Origin: Mobula hypostoma
Taxonomy: Eukaryota
Assembly (NCBI RefSeq): GCF_963921235.1
Contig: NC_086097.1
Span: 201,812,001 to 201,876,000, forward strand
DNA: 64,000 nucleotides
Direction: 5' to 3'
Part shown: positions 1 through 13,904 of the stretch, in pieces
Layout of the letters: each line of letters starts with the position of its first letter
How positions within the stretch are numbered: the stretch's first letter is position 1
Program-made: the position numbers and the translations under genes
The notes under the pieces: model-generated
What the model was told of the DNA's origin: nothing
Database searches by the model: none
The model's input: the letters and a program-made list of their open reading frames with translations, nothing else

Positions 1-1117
1 CCCAGACGGAATATAAGGTGTTGTTCCTCCAACCTGAGTGTGGTTTCATCTTTACAGTAGAGGAGGCTGTGGATAGACATGTCAGAATGGGAATGGGATG
101 TGGAATTAAAATGTGTGGCCACTGGGAGATCCACCCCACCAGCCTCCGGGTCCAACATATTATTCTCCGCAACTTCCGCCACCTCCAACGGGATCCCACC
201 ACTAAGAACATCTTTCCCTCCCCCCCCCCCCTGCATTCCGCAGGGATCGCTCCCTACGCGACTCCCTTATCCATTCGTCCCCCCCATCCCTCCCCACTGA
301 TCTCCCTCCTGGCACTTATCCATGTAAGCGAAACAAGTGCTACACATGCCCTTACACTTCCTCCCTTACCATCATTCAGGGCCCCAAACAGTCCTTCCAG
401 ATGAGGCAACACTTCACCTGTGAGTCGGCTGGGGTGATATACTGCGTCCAGTGCTCCCGATGTGGCCTTCTATATATTGGCAAGACCCGACGCAGACTGG
501 GAGACCGCTTTGCTGAACACCTACGCTCTGTCCGCCAGAGAAAGCAGGATCTCCCAGTGGCCACACATTTTAACTCCACATCCCATTCCCATTCTGACAT
601 GTCTATCCACGGCCTCCTCTATTGTAAAGATGAAGCCACACTCAGGTTGGAGGAACAACACCTTATATTCCGTCTGGGTAGCCTCCAACCTGATGGCATG
701 AACATCGACTTCTCTAACTTCTGCTAATGCCCCACCTCCCCCTCATACCCCATCTGTTACTTACTTTTATACACACATTCTTTCTCTCACTCTCCTTTTT
801 CTACCTCTGTCCCTCTGAATATACCTCTTGCCCATCCTCTGGGTCCCCCCCCCCCTTGTCTTTCTTCCCGGACCTCCTGTCCCATGATCCTCTCGTATCC
901 CTTTTGCCAATCACCTGTCCAGCTCTTGGCTCTATCCCTCCCCCTCCTGTCTTCTCCTATCATTTTGGATCTCCCCCTCCCCCTCCAACTTTCAAATCCC
1001 TTACTCACTCTTCCTTCAGTGAGTCTTGATGAAGGGTCTCGGCCTGAAACGTCAACTGCACCTCTTCCTACAGATGCTGCCTGGCCTGCTGCGTTCACCA
1101 GCAACTTTTATGTGCGC
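1..1117 (+). mobile_element. Penelope-like retroelement 3' part (Cys-rich linker, GIY-YIG endonuclease, pyrimidine-rich 3' UTR); 1-132 is an inverted copy of part of the endonuclease region
   Basis: ORF 401-727 reads VIYCVQCSRCGLLYIGKTRRRLGDRFAEH...LEEQHLI (GIY-YIG). It is highly similar to the minus-strand RT-bearing copy at 39057-40790. 1-132 is the reverse complement of ~547-679. Confidence 0.9.
1022..1057 (+). ncRNA. Minimal type I hammerhead ribozyme motif (C3U variant, helix I mismatch) in PLE tail
   Basis: agtc-TTGATGA-a-gggtctcggcct-GAAA-cgTC-aact matches the helix I / CUGANGA / helix II / GAAA / NUH layout. Confidence 0.6.
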
Positions 1118-3144
1118 TGCTGAATATATAGTGGAAGTACAGTCTGTTAATATTTAGTATGTTAATGAGCAATTCGTTTGTTTGTAAAAACTAGCCCCTT
1201 AACGTTTAATCAGCTACAGATTGACCTGACAATATGTCGAAGCTCAACAGCATTAAGCCCAGTTTTTGAATTAATATTCAGTGTTGAACATCATATTGTT
1301 TAAAGCCAATCCAAATAAAAAGTTAAAATCAATCAAGTGTAATTTTTAATGACATTTTGTCTTGGCTGTTTTTAGGTCAATTTTTTTTATATACATGTAG
1401 AAGAAAACTGTTCTCTGTAGTTGGTAATTTGCTGTTAACTGCTTAGTTTGTAAATTTTCATTCTTTCTTACCTGTTACCTTTGGTGTGTCTATTCTTCAA
1501 ACTCTGTTTTTAAAAATCAAATTTCAAATTGATCTTATTGTCAAAGGTTCCCAAGAGCATTCTCTTATTAGGAAGTACAATGCATTACACATTTGCGACT
1601 CTCCTGAAAGTGAAGCAGGCTATTTTGTCTTTTGTGCCAGGCCTGTTTCCTTATTGTAGATATTTAAATATTCTGAATAGTTTTCTGTTCCAGCTCTTGA
1701 CTTGAGAGGAGAAAGAGCTAACATGAACATCAGTGTAATACTTTCTTTCTGCATAGATCTGCAAATGATTCACCTGCCAAAAATGTGCACTTTTACAATT
1801 TAACACCTTCTTATCCCACTTAAGATTCATTACAATGCTGAACACATACTTCCCTTGTGGCAAATGCTCTGCATTGCATACGATCTGCATTTGCAGAGTG
1901 ACATAATACTCCTGCTCATACCTTGATATGCATCTAAACCCCATTGTATTGCGTATGAAAGAGGCAAAGAAAGCTTGCGAAGAAAAATTCAAGAGCGAAA
2001 TAAATAGAGGTTCCAATTATTCCTCCTTGGACCCTTGAGAGGACTGCAAAAATCTAAAAAGCCAAAGGGAAAAGGCTTTCTATACTCTGGCACACACAAA
2101 ACATGCTGCTGTTGACTTGCCAAACCACATGTCCATTGCCTGCTAGATCTATTAATGAACTGTAGATTCTCTTACTAAAAATCTTTAAAGCAGCATAGTA
2201 AAGCAAAGATTCTGATCTACATTTTCATCATACCAATTTTTCATGATACATTTATACTGCTGTCACTCCATGCTACAAGACTCATTTTATTCTATGGTTT
2301 GCTGATAAGAATGGAATGACCATGTTACTGAAGGAAAAAAAATATAATATTAAACCTGTATATTCCAACTATATATATACCTCTAACCCAGGTCCAGTCC
2401 TTTTGTGACTGAGAGCATAACATACAACAACTAAGATCAGAATAATTAAAAAATGCAGGAAAAAGTGAAGGTATATATGTTCATTAATTTTTTGTTTTTG
2501 TTGCTTTTTTCAATTTTGTTCCTAGCATGAGATTTGGTGTTACTGCTTCTTAATTAATAACTAATTTCAATAAAATTTATTGAAACCTTTTGCTTGATCA
2601 TTGGTCAATTCGCAGCTTGCCAGTCTTAATCATTCAGTCAACTTCCTATCCAGGTCTCCCTAGTTTCTTTCCCTTCATATACTTTTACAATCATTGCCCT
2701 ATGTCAGTGTCCTCTGATTTCAACAGATGGCAAATTCTCTAAAGGATTAGCAGAGTTCAATGGCCTCCTGTTCCAGAGACCTCTTCCAGATCTACCTAAC
2801 AATGTTAAAGGACTTCATTATTCCTTTTGCTGATATGACTTTAAATGAGTTCTGCAACTAATTATTACATAATCCACAAAAAAAGCAATCAGCAAGCAAC
2901 CAAGCTTATGAAATTGCTGTAGAAAAACAAATGCTTCCAGAATTGAACAGCTCCTGCAGTTTTATAATGTTATCCCAATTCACAGGGATATTAAATGAAA
3001 AGATTTGGAAGTTAGGACATCTACAAAAAAATAAATTCAAAATGGCACAATCACATCAAAAAATCTCATGCAACAATAACTAACAGATAATTTTGAAGTT
3101 GAAAAATTTTAAATTCTTACCTACCTTAAATATCTACCACTTAA

Positions 3145-3166
3145 GTGCGCGCGCGCACACACACAC
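3145..3166. repeat. (GC)n(AC)n alternating purine-pyrimidine microsatellite
   Basis: gtgcgcgcgcgcacacacacac. Confidence 0.9.
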
Positions 3167-4222
3167 TTACTTTTAAAGCTGTTTTAAGAACTAATATAGC
3201 AAGTAGGTCCTGTTCAGTTTTTCAAATAACTTAATTTTATGATTAAACATGATGAAACCTAGTTTTTAAAGAAATGAGAAGCCTGCGAAAGTGAATATTA
3301 TTCTGTAACAACTGATCTGAAGTGAGCGAATAAAATATATTTGATTTCTTCAACAGCATGGTTGCTTAAGTTGTATTAATTTTATTACCGCAACTCTGTT
3401 CTTAAAAGTGGAACAGAGAACTCCAAAGCATGTTCATTGATATGATACAACACAGCACACACTTAAAATCTACTTAAAGTGCTGTACTATTTAGTGTTTA
3501 GTAGAAATTAGTTTGCTGACTTGAGGAAACTATTAATGTGAATTCTTTGGTTCTTCTGAGTAAAAAAAAAAGGAATGCAGCAATCTTGGTCTGCTCAAAT
3601 TCTCAATCTCATATCAATATTATTTCAGTTATGGAGATATAGATTACAAAAGTATGTTCTAAGTTATTCCAAATAACCACAGAAAATCCTATAAGATGTC
3701 AGCATACTTCAGACATTATGACTAATTGGGCCAAAAGCCACATGCCATGCATCTCCCAATCTCTATCAGATATTTGATTCATAGTACTGTTAAATTATGT
3801 ACATGAAATTAGTTACCTGTGATTTATTAAGCAGACTGAGGAGAAAGAATAGTCACACATACTATAAATGATCTTGTGTTCAGTATGTCAAAAGATAAAT
3901 ATGGAACAAAGTTTGTAGTTAAGTACAGTACATTAGAAACAGAATACTGTTCATAATATTTTATGTGGAACTTCAGTTATCATCCTTTGAAGTAATAACA
4001 TTCATATAAAATGTTCTTCCAGACACCAGTGAGGCAAAGTAAATATGGTTTAGATGAGAGGGTAAGGTCTCTGAACTTATGTTATCAAAAATAACATTAA
4101 AAAAAAATCATCAGAATGGTTGGGAGTGGGAGGGATAGGGATTAAAAAAATCTTGTGATGAGTTTATGCACAGGAACTGGATGCAGACTGGGAATGGGTT
4201 GTATTTGGACAGTACAACTCAC

Positions 4223-4414
4223 CGTCTCAAAACCATTCTTTTTCATCCGCCTGCAGGACTTGAGGTAAGTACGTATACGCTTCCGGGCACGCTCCTGATA
4301 TTCAGGGAATTGCCGGCTGCATGATTCAATTATTGCCTGGATCTTTTCTTTAGGCTGCTTAGAAATGGGGACCATTCGGTCCAAGTTTTCATCTACAAAC
4401 AGCCTCACAAACAT
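4223..4414 (-). CDS. NOL4: NOL4-family (nucleolar protein 4) internal coding exon, 192 nt, phase 0-0
   Basis: Encodes [64 protein letters not shown], the conserved NOL4/NOL4L domain. Acceptor cag|ATG follows a pyrimidine tract; donor ACG|gtgagt. Confidence 0.93.
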
Positions 4415-5759
4415 CTGTTGGTAAGAGGAAGACAGAGGAAAGAATGCATTGGACGACCGCTCTACTTGGTTCTTTGTTGAATGGATACCATAGGATAAAT
4501 TCAATGATACCGCACAACCAGGAGGCAACCCCACATGATGAAAGACTGGCATGGAAAGGGTGCTACTCTAGCACTGAATTTCCAATTAGTATTTTTGTCT
4601 TGCGAGGCTTCTCACTGGGGTGCGAGCTCAATGAATAAGTGTTTAAATCTGCAACTGTCCTCAGGCAGAACGATTTTAACATAGAAGGATTTTTAAAAAA
4701 TCATCAAATACAATCCAGTTAGTTGAAATAAGGGATTATTCTTAAGGAACTCACAATTTTATGTTCTATAAAAGAAAAATATCAGGCTGTCCAACAACAC
4801 AAAGAATCTTGAATTTCATAAATATATGCCACATCTTTAAAGTGTATAATCTGGTCATTAATCACTCTCTATAATATTGTAATCATATAACAAAGTAGAT
4901 CTTTGAATCATCACCTGCACTCCCCTATCCCGTGCAACCAGACTGCCATCCCCTATGCAACTTAATTCTGGAGACTATTGTTCAATAACTAATCAGAATA
5001 TTTTGGCTACAACCACTGTAATCAATAAGGAAGTATATGGCTACTAATTAAAGATATTACCCAGCATTTGCTGCTTTACCCCTGCAATTCTACCAAACTC
5101 AATCTTATTTCAAGCATAAATTTATAAACAAAAAGGTGTTAAGTATATGTACAAACACAAGATATTCAAGTTTAATACCAACAATATTCTACATCATAAT
5201 ACATTAACACATTTTTGAAATTTGACACAATTCACATTTCTGTACAACTAAAGTTGCCAGTAAAGTTTTGTATGACAAATAAGTTTCATTTTAGATATAG
5301 CTGAAATTAAATAACATTCAATATGTCCATTGCATGCACAGTTATTTGATAATGCTTTTTGTTCATGAAGGTAATGTTGAAACATTATTTTAAAAGAAAT
5401 TACTATTGACTACCACATTTAATTAAAAAAATTCTTGGTCATTATATTGTGAATTCGTATTTCAATATTTCTCGTTCTACTGAATGCACATTCAGTGCCA
5501 CATAGGAAATTCAAGATGCATCTCACAGGGAGAATCACCTGTGCAAGAGTTTAAAATCCAGATTTTTGCTCCTGAGCAGCAGCTTGTGATTACAGCGAAT
5601 CTTGAAACAATTTCCCTTGGAGGTGATCACCCCATAACATCTGCATCAACAGGAAGAGGGAGTTGGTCACTTCTGGCAAACAGGAGACCTAAGCCATGAT
5701 GTAGGAGACCCTGTGTACATATTCTCTCCAAAGGTTTTCTCATTCTAATGTATCAGGGT

Positions 5760-7100
5760 CAAAAATATCACCGAGAAGCCACAGAAAGCGAGGGAACTGA
5801 TGGGGAATTTGGGAAGGTGAGTGAATCAGAGGTTGAGGTCAATATTGGTATCAATGATATAAGTATAAAGTAGGTGGAAGCCCTGTTGCCAGATTACATA
5901 GGCAGCTAAAGACACAATCTCAAAGATAGGACACTCAGGATGTACTCGGGTAACAAGCACTGGTGAGTGCAGAAATGAAGGAAAATGCAAATGAGTGTGT
6001 GACTGATGTAGGAGGAAGGGCTTAAAGTTCTTGGGGCAATGGACTAATTTTGAGGGAGGTAGCATCCCTCAAAAAGGCTCGATCTCAACAGGACCAGGAC
6101 TTGTATCAGAAAGATTTGGAAAGAAGAAAGGCAAAATTGGGAAGACTGGTTTCTCCTTTGAGTTTAGAAGGCAGTATAATGAATTTAAAAGGTAGTGAAA
6201 TTAAAAGCTGGGGGAAAAGGAATAGATAAAAATTTAGATGTGCTTCAATTCAAAATATCTAGGAAGTAAAAGTGATGAATTGAAAAGACATAAATTGTTG
6301 CTATCTTCAAAATGATGCTCAAAAATGGCTAGGGAAGATGGCTTCAAGTTATAGGGATTTTGAATGACATGGAGGAAGGGAAAATAAAAAGATGTACAGG
6401 ATTGATTTTAAAAAAACAATTACAAGTATGGGAGAGGTAAAATGGCAAAAAGATTAACAAATGACCCCATATATGCTTTAGCTATGGGACAAAAGGTAAT
6501 TATGTTGCTGAGAGAATATTTGCCCTTAACAATCAGAAGAAGAAAGAGGAGATGAATGTTTGAAGATGGCAGGACTGCTGACAGAATGGTTAGTGAAAAT
6601 ATGAGGACACGTGTAAAGAGGTCTATATTTGTAAAACATTAGATAGGCCACAACTTCAGTACTAATATAGCTAATGCTGATCACCACTTTATAGAGAAGT
6701 GTGATAATCCTACAGAGTGTGTAGAAAAGATTTAGCAGAAAGGCTCCAAGGATGAGAAACTTCAGCTATAAGACTAGATTGAAGTAAGTGGAGTTATTCT
6801 CCTTGTAACAAAGGAGGCTGACAGGATATTGGATAGAAGTGAGACTTAGGGTAAAATGACAAAATAGTGGTAGAAGGAAACTTCAAGCACCCCAGCCATA
6901 TCTGGCATAGTAACAGAGAAAGCATATAAAATTGAAGGATTATTGGATGGAATTATTTAAATCAAAAGCAAGCTCAGCAAAAGTGTAAATGTGACTAGAC
7001 TAGTGCTTAGGGAATAAACCTGGGCAAAGACAAATGTATCTATCAATGGAGTACGATCTGATGCAATCATGGTGCTTCAAATTTCGCAGAGAAAAGGGCA
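5760..7100 (+). mobile_element. Old, highly degraded CR1-like LINE fragments
   Basis: Remnant of the ORF1 esterase HIGTNDI-type motif (~5840-5862) and 3' ORF2-like sequence (~6600-6840) similar to the younger CR1 copies in the window. Confidence 0.5.
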
Positions 7101-7149
7101 GAGTGTAGACAATTAAAAAAAAAAGATTGCAATTAAAGCAATCATGAAG

Positions 7150-7653
7150 AAGGCAACTAGTGGTTGCACCTTGTTAGGAGCTTGAGTTGCTTTCATATGT
7201 CACCAAAAACTATTACAAATTTCTATAGATGTACTGCGGAGATCATCCTGACTGGTTGCATCACAGCCTGGCACGGAGGCTCCAACATACAGAATCACAA
7301 GAATCTGTAGAGGGTTGTAGACCCACCAAACTCTATCACAGGCACAACACTCCCACCACTGAGAACATTTTCAAGAGGTGTTGCCTCAAAAAGACAGCAT
7401 CCAGCATTATTAAGAACCCATGCCATCAGGGATATGTCTTCATCTCATTCCTACCAGCATGGAAGAATCACAGGAAAGTGAAGACCCACACTCATTGATT
7501 CAGAAACAGCTTCTTCCCCTCTGCCAATAGATTTCTGAATGGCCCATGAGCCCATGAACTGCCTCATTATTCCATTCTTAGCACTGTATTGCTGCCATAA
7601 AACAACGAATTTCATGTCATTTAAGACAGTGATGATAAATCTGATTCTGATTC
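7150..7653 (+). mobile_element. Rex/Babar-like non-LTR retrotransposon 3' fragment
   Basis: Remnant ...ESILTGCITAW...SIIKNPCHQG...FRNSFFPSA; ends in a (ctgatt)n tail; homologous to other copies in the window. Confidence 0.65.
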
Positions 7654-8130
7654 AGTTTTACCAGGCTGAGGTACAATTCAATTTAAGAAGGCTGGTTACA
7701 GCTACATTAAGTTAAATCACTATACTTTGAGAATAATTATACGAGGCTTCAGACTAAATAGGTTCATGGTAAAACAAAAATGTGGTCTTCCAAACCTAGA
7801 CACCCATAAACGTCAATATAAATGCCATGACAGATAAGGATAATGGAAAGGGGAATGTGTGACAAATACAAAGAGCAAACACAGGAGAAAGCCCAGAGAA
7901 ATAAGGAAGCTAACAGAGATGAAATTAAGATTTTAAAAAGGAGCAAGCACAATAAATAATGACATGAAACATTTGAAATGCTTTACAAATGTGATGGGGT
8001 GATCTATTGATGACCAAAACAATAGCTTGTGTTCCGAAGAGGAACACAATTAAATATGTGTGGATGACTGTGTCCCTTCAGGAACATAGCAGACATACTG
8101 GACAATTTCAGATGGTCCAAGATTTTCAAG

Positions 8131-9963
8131 AAATAAGGAAAGGGAAGATAGAGTATGAAAGTAAATTGGCACAAAATATAAAAACAGATAGCAAAAATTT
8201 TTATAAATATATAAAGCGGAAGAGGGTGGCTAGAGTCAATGTAGGTCCCTTGGAAGATGAGAAGGGGAATTTGATATTGGGTGATAAGGAAATAGCTGAG
8301 GCACTGAACAACTATCTTGTGTCAGTCTTCACGGTGGAGGACACATCTAATATGCCAAAGAATGATGTTATGGACGAAATGGGAGGTGAGGACCTCGATT
8401 AAAATCACTGTCACTAAAGAGATAGTGATGAGCAAACTAGAGGACCTGAAGGTAGATAAGTCCCCTGGTCCTGATGGGATGCATCCCAGGGTGCTGAGGG
8501 AATTGGCGGAGGTTATAGTAGACACACGGGTAATCATTTACCAAAATTCTCTAGACTCTGGGTAGGTCCCGGCGGATTGGAAGACAGCAAATGTCATGCC
8601 ACTTTTTAAAGCTGTCTTTAAGGAAGAAATAGCGAAACATTTAGAAAGGAGTGGTTCCATTAGACAGACACAGCATAGATTCAGACAGGGAAGGTCCTGT
8701 TTGACAAACTTACTGGAGTTCTTTGAGGACATAATGAGTGGATAGAGGGGAACAGGTAGATGTCGTATACTTGGATTTCCAGAAGGTGCTTGATAAGGTG
8801 CCACACAAGAGACTTGTAAATAAGATACAGATGCATGGAGTCGGAGGAAGTGTATTTGCATGGATAGTGGATTGGTTAACCAATAGAAGGCAGAGTTGGT
8901 ATAAATGGGTGTTTCTCCGGTTGGCAGTCAGTGGTGAGTGGGGTGCTGCAGGGGTCAGTGCTGAGCCCACAGCTGTTTACCATTTACATTGATGATTTGG
9001 AAGAGGGGACTGAGTGTAGCATAGCAAAATTTGCTGATGACACTAAACTGAGTGGAAAAGCAAATTGTACAGAGGATGTGGAGAGTCTGCAGGGGGCTAT
9101 AGACAGGTTAAGTGAGTGGGCCAAGGTCTGGCAGATGGAATACAATGTTGGTAAATGTGAGATCATCCACTTTGGAAGGAATAATAGAAGAGCAGATTAT
9201 TATTTAAATGGTGAAAGATTGCAGCATGCTGTTGTGCAGAGGGACTTGGGAGTACTTGCGCATTAATCGCAAAAAGTTGGCTTGCAGGTGCAACAGGTTA
9301 TTAAGAAGGCAAGTGGAATGTTGGCCTTCATTGCTAGAGGGATTGAATTCAAGAGCAGGGAGGTCATGCTGCAACTATACAAGGTACTGGTGAGGCTACA
9401 CCTGGAGTACTGTGTGCAGTTCTGATCTCCATACTTGAGGAAGGATATACTTGCTTTGGAGGTAGTGCAGAGTAGTTTCACCAAGTTGATTCCAGAGATG
9501 AAGGGGTTAATCGATGAGGAGAGATTGAGTCGCCTGGGACTATACTCTCTGGAATTCAGAAGAATGGGGGGGATCTTATAGAAACATACAAAATTTTGAA
9601 AGGGATAAATAAGATAGAAGTAGGAAAGTTGTTTCCATTGGTAGGTGAGAGTAGAACTAGGGGACATTGCCTCAAGATTCAGAGGAGAAGAATTAGGTTG
9701 GAGATGAGGAGAAACTGTTTTTCCCAGAGAGTGGTGAATCTGTGGAATTCTCTGCCCAGGGAAGCAGTTGAGTCTTCTTCACTAAATATATTTAAGATAC
9801 AGTGAGATAGGTTCTTACATAGTAGGGGAATTAAGGGTTATGGGGAAAAGGCAGGTAGATGAAGCTGAGTTTACGGACAGATCAGCCATGATCTTATTGA
9901 ATGGCAGGGCAGGCTCGATAGGCTGGATGGCCTACTCCTGCTCCTATTTCTGATGTTCTTATG
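8131..9963 (+). mobile_element. CR1-like LINE, 5'-truncated ORF2 (RT) with frameshifts
   Basis: KSPGPDGMHPRVL, VYLDFQKVLDKVPH, GVLQGSVLSP and KFADDTKL motifs, plus a CR1-type 3' UTR ending tgatgttcttatgt. Confidence 0.9.
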
Positions 9964-9965
9964 TA

Positions 9966-10760
9966 ATGAAGAGGCATAAGGAGCAAGATAGATCAGCTGG
10001 TTGACTGCAGTCACGGCAACAATCTTGCACTCAATGTCAGTATGGCAAAGGAATTGATTGTGGACTTCAAGAAACGCAAGTCAAGCGAAGACACACTAGT
10101 CATCACTGAGGGATCAGCAGTGGAAAGAGTGAGCAATTTCAAGTTCCTGAGTGTCAACATCTCTGAGGATCTATCCTGGGCCCAATATATGGATGCAATT
10201 ACAAAGAAGGCACGACTGCAGCTATATTTCATTCAGAGTTTAGAGAGAATTAGTATGTCATGAAAGACATTGCAAATTTCTTCAGATGTACAGTGGTGAG
10301 CATTCTAACTGGTTACATCACTATCTGGTATGGAGGGGCCATTGCACAGGATTGGAAAAAGCTGTAGAAAGTTGTAAATTCAGCCAGCTCCATTAGGGGC
10401 ACAAGTCTCCCAGCAACCAGGAAACCTTCAAAAGGCTGCTTCCATCATTAAGGGCCCCATCACCCAGGACATGCTGTCTTCCCATTGCTACCATCAAGGA
10501 GGAGGCAGAGGAGCCTAATGACAGACTCAGTGTTTGAGGAACAGCTTCTTCCCCTCTGCCATCAGACTTCCGAATAGACAATGAACCCATGAACACTTCC
10601 TTAGTATTTTCTCCCTCTCTTTTTACGCTACTTACTTAAGTTACTTTTTTATATATTTATTCTAATTTATCATTTATATTACTATGTGTTTCAATGTACT
10701 GCTGCTGCAAAACAACAAATTTCACAACATATCTGGTAATATTAAACCTGACTCTGATTC
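9966..10760 (+). mobile_element. Rex/Babar-like non-LTR 3' fragment
   Basis: KELIVDFKK...VERVSNFKFLSVNISEDLSW...KKARLQLYF; (ctgatt)-like tail. Confidence 0.75.
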
Positions 10761-10999
10761 TTTGAGCTTGTCTGAACAATTGAGAATGATTAAATAGATA
10801 CTGAGATTAATCAGGAAGGTTAATTAAATTATAAATGGAGAGAGAGAGAAAGGGAGAGAACCAATTAAAGGTACGTACATATTTAAGTAGATAAATCGCC
10901 AAGGGTTGATAAAATACCTAGCAATTCAGATTACAGAGAAAAAAAACCTACAATATTACAGATGGATAACCTTACAGCAGAAAAGAGCAGAGACAGCAA

Positions 11000-11617
11000 T
11001 TCACTTGTACTTCAACAAAGAAACCAAATGCCAATTAGACAATAGCTTGGGAGAGAACTCCTGTTCAATCAAAAGGGGCAACCCTAAGACTCTATTGTCA
11101 TTCATCACATTATTCCTCCATCCCATCTCCACTTTGACCTATCTGTCCGTGACCTCCTGTACAACAAGATCCAACCGAGTACATTGGAATATCTGAGTCT
11201 CAACGTCAAATCAACAATCGCAGGTAATTAACTTTTCTGTCTATAATGGAGCTGGCCAGTTCTGCTGCAAGGTTATCCAACTGTAGTATTAACTTGTTTC
11301 TTCTCCATCTCGGATACTGTTTTATGTGCTAGGCATTTGTAGCATTTTCCCTTGAAGTTCCAGTTCAACAACAGCTCTGACCTGCATTTCAAAGCCTTAG
11401 AAGACTCTTTCCTCATTAGTTTATTAACTACATGGCTCCATAAACACCAGAATTACCTCAGTAACCATGGCCTCACCCTATGCGAGGTATTACCTTTCTC
11501 CTATCCATCACTCAGTAAGACTAAGACTAACTTGTTTTCCCATTTTCCCATTTGTGAAGGGCCTTCAACCTAAAACATTAACTCTGATCCTCTTTCCATA
11601 GAACCCACCTGACCTAC
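11000..11617 (+). mobile_element. Ancient Penelope-like 3' remnant with decayed hammerhead tail
   Basis: 11119-11160 resembles PLE 580-620; 11555-11615 resembles the gaagggtctcggcctgaaacgtc tail. Confidence 0.45.
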
Positions 11618-11634
11618 TAAAAGCACGGCCGTGC

Positions 11635-12267
11635 CTCCACTTTCTTACGAGTTGGTGAAGATTCGGCATGGCATCTAAAACTTTGACAAACTTCAATAGG
11701 TGTGCGGAGGACAGTACATTGATTGTTTGCATCACAGCTCCGGAATCACCAATGCCCTTGAACAGAAAATCCCACAAAAAAGAGTGGATATGGCCAGTCC
11801 ATCATGGTTAAAGCCCTTGCCACCAACAAGAACATCTATACAGAGCATTGTCGTTGGACAGCATCAAGGAACCCCATCACCCAGGTCACACTGCCATCAG
11901 GAAGAAGGTACAACAGCCTAAAGACTCGTGCTACCAGGTTCAGGAACAGTTATTACCCCTCAACCATCAGGGTCTTGAACCAGAGGGGATAACTTCACTC
12001 AACTTCACGTGCTCCATCACTGAACTGTTCCCACAACCTATGGACTCACTTTCAAGGACTCTGTATCTCATGTTCTCGATATTTATTGTTTATTTATTTA
12101 TTATTATTTCTTTCTTTTTGTATTTGCACAATTCATTGTCTTTTGCACACTGTCTGCATGCCCAGTCGGTGCAATCTTTCAATGATTCTATTATGGTTAT
12201 TGGATTTATTGAGTATGTCCGCGAGAAAAAGAAACTCAGGGCTGTATATATGGTGACTGAGCTTTGA
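11635..12267 (+). mobile_element. Rex/Babar-like non-LTR 3' fragment
   Basis: LPSGRRYNSLKTRATRFRNSYYPSTIRVLN; same 3' UTR type as 45036-45843. Confidence 0.7.
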
Positions 12268-12339
12268 ATGTTTCTAATATTTTCAGTTTTATTTATGAAA
12301 CTGTGCAGGTTCACTTCCTAACCATGGATATCCATGGGC

Positions 12340-13300
12340 ATGGCATTAGAGGACTCTGAAGACTGTTAATGGAAAGGAAAAATGTATACACTGAACAAGT
12401 ACAAGCCAGACAGCCTAATGCTAGTGATGGGAAAATTAACAAACATTGTTCTGAAGGACAGCATAAGTAAGTATCGAGAGAGGCACAAGTTATTCAAAGA
12501 GAATCACCATGGCCTTGTAAAAGAATGGTTGCAACTGATAACACTAAGTGAAGCAAGGAAGAATAAGGTAGAGCATTTGCCTTTTCACCAGGTAAATTTA
12601 TCATGAAAGTACAAGTCAAATTAAAATAGAAAGCTGGTTTAAAAAACTGACCAAGTACGATAAAGCTAACAAAAGAAAACCTGCAGATGCTGGCAATCCA
12701 TGCAACACATATAAAATGATGGACGAACTCAGCAGGCCAGGCAGCATTAATGGGAGGAACTAGAGGGCTGCAGTGGAGTTTTCAGGACTACAGTTATGAA
12801 ATCTACTCAAGATGGCAACTTCAAAGTGATTGACAGGAGGGCAAAGAGAGGAAAGGAATACATGATAAATAGAAGGATATTAAAAAATTTACAGGAACCA
12901 AAGAACGTCATGGTATATGTCTCCTGAACATCACAGACAGCTAGGTGAGTGGTTAAGAAGGTATGAGGAATATAAGAGCCAAGCCATGGCAGATAAAGAG
13001 TAGAAACATTCTGAAAACATATTAGGTTACAGCTATATACACAACAGTTTGGTAGAGATTTAAGTTTTAAGGATTATAAACTATTTAAAAGAGATCAAAG
13101 TTAATTGATTAAAGGAAAGAGGATCCCCAAGAACAGAGGAGATCTGGAACTCAATATTTCTAACAAGAATCTGTAAGGTGCTTGTTGAATCATAAACTAC
13201 AAAAGCTACTGACTGAGAGCTGGGAAGCGCTGTAGGTCTATTACAAGAACTCAATTTTTAGCTCGTATTAGCAAGGTGGATTAAATAGCCTCCTTTTGTG
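12340..13300 (+). mobile_element. Old CR1-like fragments, with a minus-strand PLE-tail fragment at ~12668-12760
   Basis: YKPDSLMLVMGKLTNIVLKDSI...NHHGLVK resembles CR1 YRPVSLTSVVGK. The embedded ctgcagatgctggcaatcc...gaactcagcaggccaggcagcat is a PLE tail. Confidence 0.5.
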
Positions 13301-13904
13301 GTGCAATCTAAGGTTTTCTGAATTAAAGTATTTTATAATCCTATTAATTGATTGCAAGCTAACTTTTCAGTTAAATAATATATCCAATAATTAAAATAAA
13401 TCAAATACCCATCAATGATTCTGTTTTAAATAAATCATTTAAAACCAATATAAATGTAAAGAAAGCTATTTATTATTATATGTTTTACAAGTGTCAGCTA
13501 TAATATTTATAAATAGGAATGATATTAATTCTTGGTCACTGGAATTCATGATTCTAGAAGCAATATCTAACAAAATGACATTTTGGGCAAGGTAATCTTC
13601 CTGAATAATAAATCAACCTGTTTTTAATCACAGTGAAGTTTTATTTTGCTCTTATAAGTGTGAGCAAATATTTAACAAAATCAGAGAGTGAAAAAATCAG
13701 GTATGCCTTTGAAAGGTGATCCAATTTGGCAGGTAACCTAAGTGATTTGATATGGCTGATATTAAAGCCTTGGTTTCTCATTTCTATGGTCTAAAACCAT
13801 ATGTCTAGTCTCAATGTACAGTACATTAATGCATATTATATTTAATGTGCTACTTAATATGAGCTACATTTGTAAACACAAAAGGTTGTAGATGTGTAAT
13901 GTGT

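Noticed and set aside
727..1123. Several ~80-105 aa ORFs on both strands (also at 38997-39410, 53508-53918, 62707-63031)
   Set aside because: They are low-complexity PLE 3' UTR sequence, repeated because the element is repeated.
1651..2016. 121-aa minus-strand ORF in unique sequence
   Set aside because: Non-ATG start, no recognisable homology and no NOL4 peptide; treated as a chance intronic ORF.
4142..4222. Read-through of the exon ORF gives ...QPIPSLHP, reminiscent of the next NOL4 exon (SRPIPSHL)
   Set aside because: A canonical GTGAGT donor lies at 4222, the similarity is only four residues and a stop follows soon. The true next exon was not found in the window.
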